Shown here one piece after another: positions 54,801-57,637 of a stretch of DNA of 57,637 nucleotides. The position numbers and the translations under genes are program-made. Under the pieces are notes generated by a model, which was not told the origin of the DNA, ran no database searches, and worked only from the letters and a program-made list of their open reading frames with translations. The stretch's first letter is position 1. The number at the start of each line of letters is the position of its first letter. The stretch lies in sequence record SRR22947727_3513. One strand, 5' to 3'.

Positions 54801-55418
54801 AAACCTCCGCTCGATCGCTAGGCCGTGGTCCATGACTTCGCAGAAGTAGTTTTCTGGCCCGAGGATGTCTCGAAAATCAGCCGCGGCGGCTCGTGCCTTC
54901 TCGTACTGACCCGCCTGCAGCCAGCGATTGACCTCCCCGCTCGGACAACCGGTAGTACCGATCAACCCCGCTCCGTACCGATCGAGCAACTCTCGATCGA
55001 AGCGTGGCTTGTGGTACTGCCCTTCGAGGCTGGCCAGAGACGACAAGCGGAAAAGATTGTGCATGCCGAGGGTGGATTCCGCCCACACCGTCATGTGGGT
55101 ATAGCTGTGTTTGCCTCGGCCAGCGCCCGGATCCTCGGGTGTTCCTTCGTCGAAACCCCCGGTGAAGTCGAACGGTTTGCGTTCGGCTCGACCCTGGGGC
55201 GCGTAGTACCCCTCGAGGCCGATGATCGGCTTGAGTCCGGCGCCCCTGGCCTTTGTAAAGAAGTCGTACGCGCCGAAGAGGTTTCCGTGGTCGGTCATTG
55301 CGATGGCCGACATGCCGAGACGACTGGCCTCGGCCATTAAATCGTCAAGTCGCGCGGCACCGTCCAGCATTGAGTACTCGGTGTGCACGTGGAGATGGAC
55401 GAAATCGTCCGATGTCAT
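51882..55418 (-). CDS. dnaE: DNA polymerase III alpha subunit
   Basis: HLHVHTEYSMLDGA PHP domain, GPGRGSAAG, PDIDIDF, KMDFLGL, FNKAH; 1178 aa, no intein-sized insertion. Confidence 0.98.
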   Translation of the reverse strand: MTSDDFVHLHVHTEYSMLDGAARLDDLMAEASRLGMSAIAMTDHGNLFGAYDFFTKARGAGLKPIIGLEGYYAPQGRAERKPFDFTGGFDEGTPEDPGAGRGKHSYTHMTVWAESTLGMHNLFRLSSLASLEGQYHKPRFDRELLDRYGAGLIGTTGCPSGEVNRWLQAGQYEKARAAAADFRDILGPENYFCEVMDHGLAIERRFREDLIRIARDLSLPLVATNDLHYVHESDADTHEVLLCVGTRTTMDDPKRFRFDARDFYLKSAAEMRSVWSELPEACDNTLLIAERCEVSFDEGANLMPQFPVPDGYTEETWLRAEVDRGLETRYQGSVPDDVRQQSEYELGVVAQMGFPGYFLVVADLVRYARDNKIRVGPGRGSAAGAMIAFALGITELDPIKHGLLFERFLNPERISMPDIDIDFDERRRSDMIRYATEKYGEERVAQIVTYASIKAKAAIKDSARVLGFPYAVGERITKAMPPSVMGKDISLAGAFDATDDRYAEAKEFRSLYESDAEARQVIDTAKGLEGLKRQPGVHAAGVILSREALMDVIPVWRREQDGAIITQFDMGACETLGLLKMDFLGLRNLTVLEDCLDNIEKNTGDRLVLEELTLYDRTTYELLSRGDTLGVFQLDGGPMRSLLRSMQPDSFEDISAVLALYRPGPMGANAHNDYADRKNGRKPVVPIHPELAEPLSEILGDTYGLIVYQEQVMAIAQELAGYSLGKADLLRRAMGKKKKEILKKEFTPFQEGMRSRGYSDSAIDTLWEILVPFSDYAFNKAHTAGYGLVSYWTAYLKANYPAEYMAALLTSVQDDKDKSAIYLGECRRMGIKVLPPDVNDSDSAYTARGSDIRFGLSAIRNVGEGVVLSISETRRSRGRFTDFHDFVAKVEVHVCNRRVVESLIKAGAFDSLGHTRKGLAAVHELVIDSAVDIKRAEAAGQYDLFGGLAGEGETTGLAEQTPVPVGEWDKAVLLAHERDMLGLYVSDHPLNGLDHALANISDISIASLIADESLESTVVTVAGLLTSVQRKTTRKGSAWAIATVEDLDGSVEAMVFPQTYASVSTTLIEDSIVAIRARVERTDEDGLRVIALDVESPDLSEAQSGPLRLSIAASRCVPPLVERLKEVLRQHSGTTEVHLHLTGGTQTTVLRIDDALRVTPSAALYGDLKALLGANCLS

Positions 55419-55471
55419 TCCGATCCCCCACCGGTCACCGTCGACGGTGACTCACATCGGCAGCGGGGCAT
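55415..55471 (-). CDS. Putative leaderless uORF (MPRCRCESPSTVTGGGSE) coupled to dnaE
   Basis: ATG 55471 is 6 nt downstream of TAGAGT (55478-55483); its TGA overlaps the dnaE ATG as ATGA. Confidence 0.4.
   Translation of the reverse strand: MPRCRCESPSTVTGGGSE
55434..55451. repeat. Perfect 18-bp palindrome GTCACCGTCGACGGTGAC in the dnaE leader
   Basis: Read directly; lies just upstream of the GGGGGA SD-like tract. Confidence 0.85.
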
Positions 55472-55503
55472 CGTCCAACTCTATGCCCGAACCGGCTACC
55501 CGC

Positions 55504-56472
55504 TCAGCCCGACAAGCCGACCCGCAGTCGCTCCAGAGCTTGCTCAAGATCTATCGGGTACGGGCTTTCGAACGACACGTGCTCCCCCGTATGCGGATGC
55601 TCAAATCCCAATCGTCTCGCGTGCAACCACTGTCTCGTGAGCCCCAATTCTTTCGCCACCGTCGGATCCGCGCCGTACGTCACGTCCCCGACGCACGGAT
55701 GGCGCATCGCTGCCATGTGGACCCGAATCTGGTGCGTGCGTCCTGTTTCGAGATGCACCTCGACGAGGGACGCTCGAGGCCACGCTTCGAGCGTTTCATA
55801 GTGGGTCACGCTCTCCCGGCCACCGGCAACGACGGCCCACTTGTAATCCTTGGATGGATGTCGGTCGATGGGGGCATCGATCGTCCCCACCAGCGGATCA
55901 AGAAGCCCGTGCACGACCGCGTGGTACCGCTTGTCCACCGTCCGTTCCTTGAATTGCCGCTTGAGCGAGGTGTACGCCGCCGCACTCTTGGCTACGACCA
56001 TCGCCCCGGTCGTCCCAACATCAAGCCGGTGCACCACACCCTCGCGCTCCGCTGCTCCGGCCGTCGCCAGGGAATGCCCGGCGGCGGACAGGGAATCGGT
56101 CACCGTGGGGCCCGACCAACCCGGGCTCGGATGAGCGGCAACACCCGCCGGTTTATCGACCACCACAACGTCGTCGTCCTCCCACAGAATCGGGATCTCC
56201 ACCGAGGGTGTGTTGGTCGGCAGGCCCGCGAGCGGCCCGCCTTCTGGCCCGCCGCCGTCGGACGAATCTCGCGTCTCGTTGATCTCGCGGATTTCGATCA
56301 TCTCGCCGGGAGCAAGACGATGTGACTTGGCGACCACACGGCTCGCGACCTGGACGGCTCCGCTTTCCACGAGCGCACTCGAACGTGCTCGCGACAACCC
56401 CAGCATCGTCGCGAGCGCGACGTCGATCCTTTCCCCCTCAAGCCCCTCAGGCACCGGGAGAATCCGACTCAT
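55504..56472 (-). CDS. RluA/RluD-family pseudouridine synthase with S4 domain
   Basis: GERID, VDKPAG, HRLD, LETGRTHQIRVH, LHA. Confidence 0.94.
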   Translation of the reverse strand: MSRILPVPEGLEGERIDVALATMLGLSRARSSALVESGAVQVASRVVAKSHRLAPGEMIEIREINETRDSSDGGGPEGGPLAGLPTNTPSVEIPILWEDDDVVVVDKPAGVAAHPSPGWSGPTVTDSLSAAGHSLATAGAAEREGVVHRLDVGTTGAMVVAKSAAAYTSLKRQFKERTVDKRYHAVVHGLLDPLVGTIDAPIDRHPSKDYKWAVVAGGRESVTHYETLEAWPRASLVEVHLETGRTHQIRVHMAAMRHPCVGDVTYGADPTVAKELGLTRQWLHARRLGFEHPHTGEHVSFESPYPIDLEQALERLRVGLSG

Positions 56473-57044
56473 GGGCCGCTCCCGGCCGCCGGCTTGTCGT
56501 CATCCAGAACTAGCTCGTCGTCCGAGTTCGAGCCGCCCGGTTCCGACTCAGACAGCGGGATGCCGCGCCACGCGAGGATGATCATCGCGACCGCCGAACA
56601 CGTGATTGCAATATCAGCGACATTGAAGACGGGAAAGTTCGGAAGACCGATGAAGTCGACCACCGACCCCAGCCCCGGCCCCGGGGGTCGCGTAAGTCGA
56701 TCAATCAGGTTCCCGAGCAAGCCACCCAGCAAGCCACCGAGCGCCAAAGCCCACGCACTGGAGGTGATTGTTCGCGCGAGCCGAACGATGACGACTCCCA
56801 CCACAACGGCGATGATGGTGAATATCCAGGTGTATCCGGCTCCCATCCCCCATGCCGCCCCGGTGTTCTCGACGTACGTCAAGCGCAGGAGCGGATCAAT
56901 GAGATAGATCGGGCCTTCGCCACTCTCGATGCGCGGCTGGAGATACGCCACAGCCCACGCCTTGGTCACCTGGTCTATAAGGACGATGCCCACGGCAGTG
57001 CCCGCAAGCACCGCGAGCACTGATCGATGGGCGCCTCGAAACAC
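56469..57044 (-). CDS. lspA: Lipoprotein signal peptidase (SPase II)
   Basis: DQVTK, NTGAAWG, GNLIDR, VVDF, FNVAD; TAGGCT 6 nt upstream (57051-57056). Confidence 0.96.
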   Translation of the reverse strand: MFRGAHRSVLAVLAGTAVGIVLIDQVTKAWAVAYLQPRIESGEGPIYLIDPLLRLTYVENTGAAWGMGAGYTWIFTIIAVVVGVVIVRLARTITSSAWALALGGLLGGLLGNLIDRLTRPPGPGLGSVVDFIGLPNFPVFNVADIAITCSAVAMIILAWRGIPLSESEPGGSNSDDELVLDDDKPAAGSGP

Positions 57045-57075
57045 TTCGCCAGCCTACGTCCGTGGCCACCGGTGC

Positions 57076-57637
57076 TTAGAACCGCTCTTCGGCTTCCTTG
57101 CACGTTCGACACAACGTGGCACGAGGAAAGGCTTGAAGTCGGTACTTGCCGATGGGCTTGCCGCAGCTCTCACACACCCCGTAGGAGCCATCCGCGATAC
57201 GAGCCAACGCGTGATCGACTTGCTCGAGCATGTCACGCGCGTTATTGGCGAGAGACATCTCGTGCTCCCGCTCGAAGGTCTTGCTCCCTGCATCGGCCTG
57301 ATCGTCACCCGCTCCGTCTCCGGAATCGCGGATCAGGTCGGCGAGACCCTCTTCGGTGGTAGCGATCTCCTCCAGGAGTCGCTCGCGTTCGCTGTGCAAT
57401 TCGGTACGCATCTCGGCGAGCTCAGAGTCCGTCCACGGTGACTCGTCCTCACGAACAACAGGGCGCTTCTTTGGTGCCCTCTTGATCGTTGCTTTCTTCG
57501 GAGCGGCCTTCGTCTCGGTTGCTTTCTTGGGGGCCGCCTTCTTCGCGGCCGCTTTCTTGGAAGCTGCCTTCTTAGGGGTCGCCTTCTTAGGGGTCGCCTT
57601 CTTCGCGGGAGCCTTTTTCGCAGCCGCCTTCTTAGGG
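57076..57637 (-). CDS. TraR/DksA-family C4 zinc-finger protein with Lys/Ala-rich N-terminal tail (5' end outside window)
   Basis: DDQADAG, YGVCESC...PRATLCRTC; frame stays open from 57411 to the window end, reading ...PKKAAAKKAPAKKATPKKATPKK...ESPWTDSELAEM. Confidence 0.9.
   Translation of the reverse strand, partial: PKKAAAKKAPAKKATPKKATPKKAASKKAAAKKAAPKKATETKAAPKKATIKRAPKKRPVVREDESPWTDSELAEMRTELHSERERLLEEIATTEEGLADLIRDSGDGAGDDQADAGSKTFEREHEMSLANNARDMLEQVDHALARIADGSYGVCESCGKPIGKYRLQAFPRATLCRTCKEAEERF
57481..57637 (-). repeat. Imperfect 15-bp tandem coding repeat (xxKKA pentapeptides)
   Basis: Exact duplicate CTTAGGGGTCGCCTT at 57571-57600 with degenerate copies on both sides. Confidence 0.9.

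Noticed and set aside
51882..55418. Possible intein or split in dnaE
   Set aside because: Normal length, continuous motifs, no intein signatures
57481..57637. Tandem repeats at the window end as a CRISPR array
   Set aside because: 15-bp period, no spacers, in-frame coding of KKA pentapeptides
1..57637. tRNA, rRNA, IS, integrase or defence genes
   Set aside because: No intergenic gap shows a cloverleaf or rRNA signature and no ORF has transposase, integrase or nuclease motifs

Overview
High-GC, very compactly packed core-genome segment of an actinobacterium (phylum inferred from gene order and protein signatures; finer taxonomy cannot be supported). Almost all genes are on the minus strand. 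In transcription order (right to left): DksA/TraR-like gene (cut by the window end), lspA, RluA-family synthase, dnaE, membrane protein, [+ LON-N-domain gene, ybaK], hisD-C-B-H-A(priA)-F-I, trpE, Trp-associated membrane protein, HGxxPAAW protein, an OmpR-type response regulator/sensor kinase pair, DUF2752, trpC-B-A, DsbA, lgt, gltB-D, pyk, pyrR-B-C-(membrane protein)-carA-B-pyrK-D-F, gmk, rpoZ, coaBC, metK, primosomal priA, def, fmt, rsmB, [+ inositol monophosphatase], rpe, ribD-E-BA-H, hisE-G, [+ CynX-like MFS]. I see no rRNA, tRNA, CRISPR array, mobile element, intein or defence island, and no multi-gene novel system. The interesting signals are small and regulatory: (i) about 17 starts with a -10 hexamer 6-7 nt upstream (leaderless architecture), including a bidirectional promoter in a 23-bp gap; (ii) a putative leaderless 18-codon uORF coupled by ATGA to dnaE; (iii) pyrF apparently starting at ATT behind a perfect GGAGG; (iv) a nested-helix leader on gltB; (v) two similar LacI-type operator-like sites; (vi) no mihF and no FMN riboswitch at their usual loci. 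Start codons were re-chosen by eye where the ORF track over-extends; gene identities come from recognised motifs and synteny, not from database searches.
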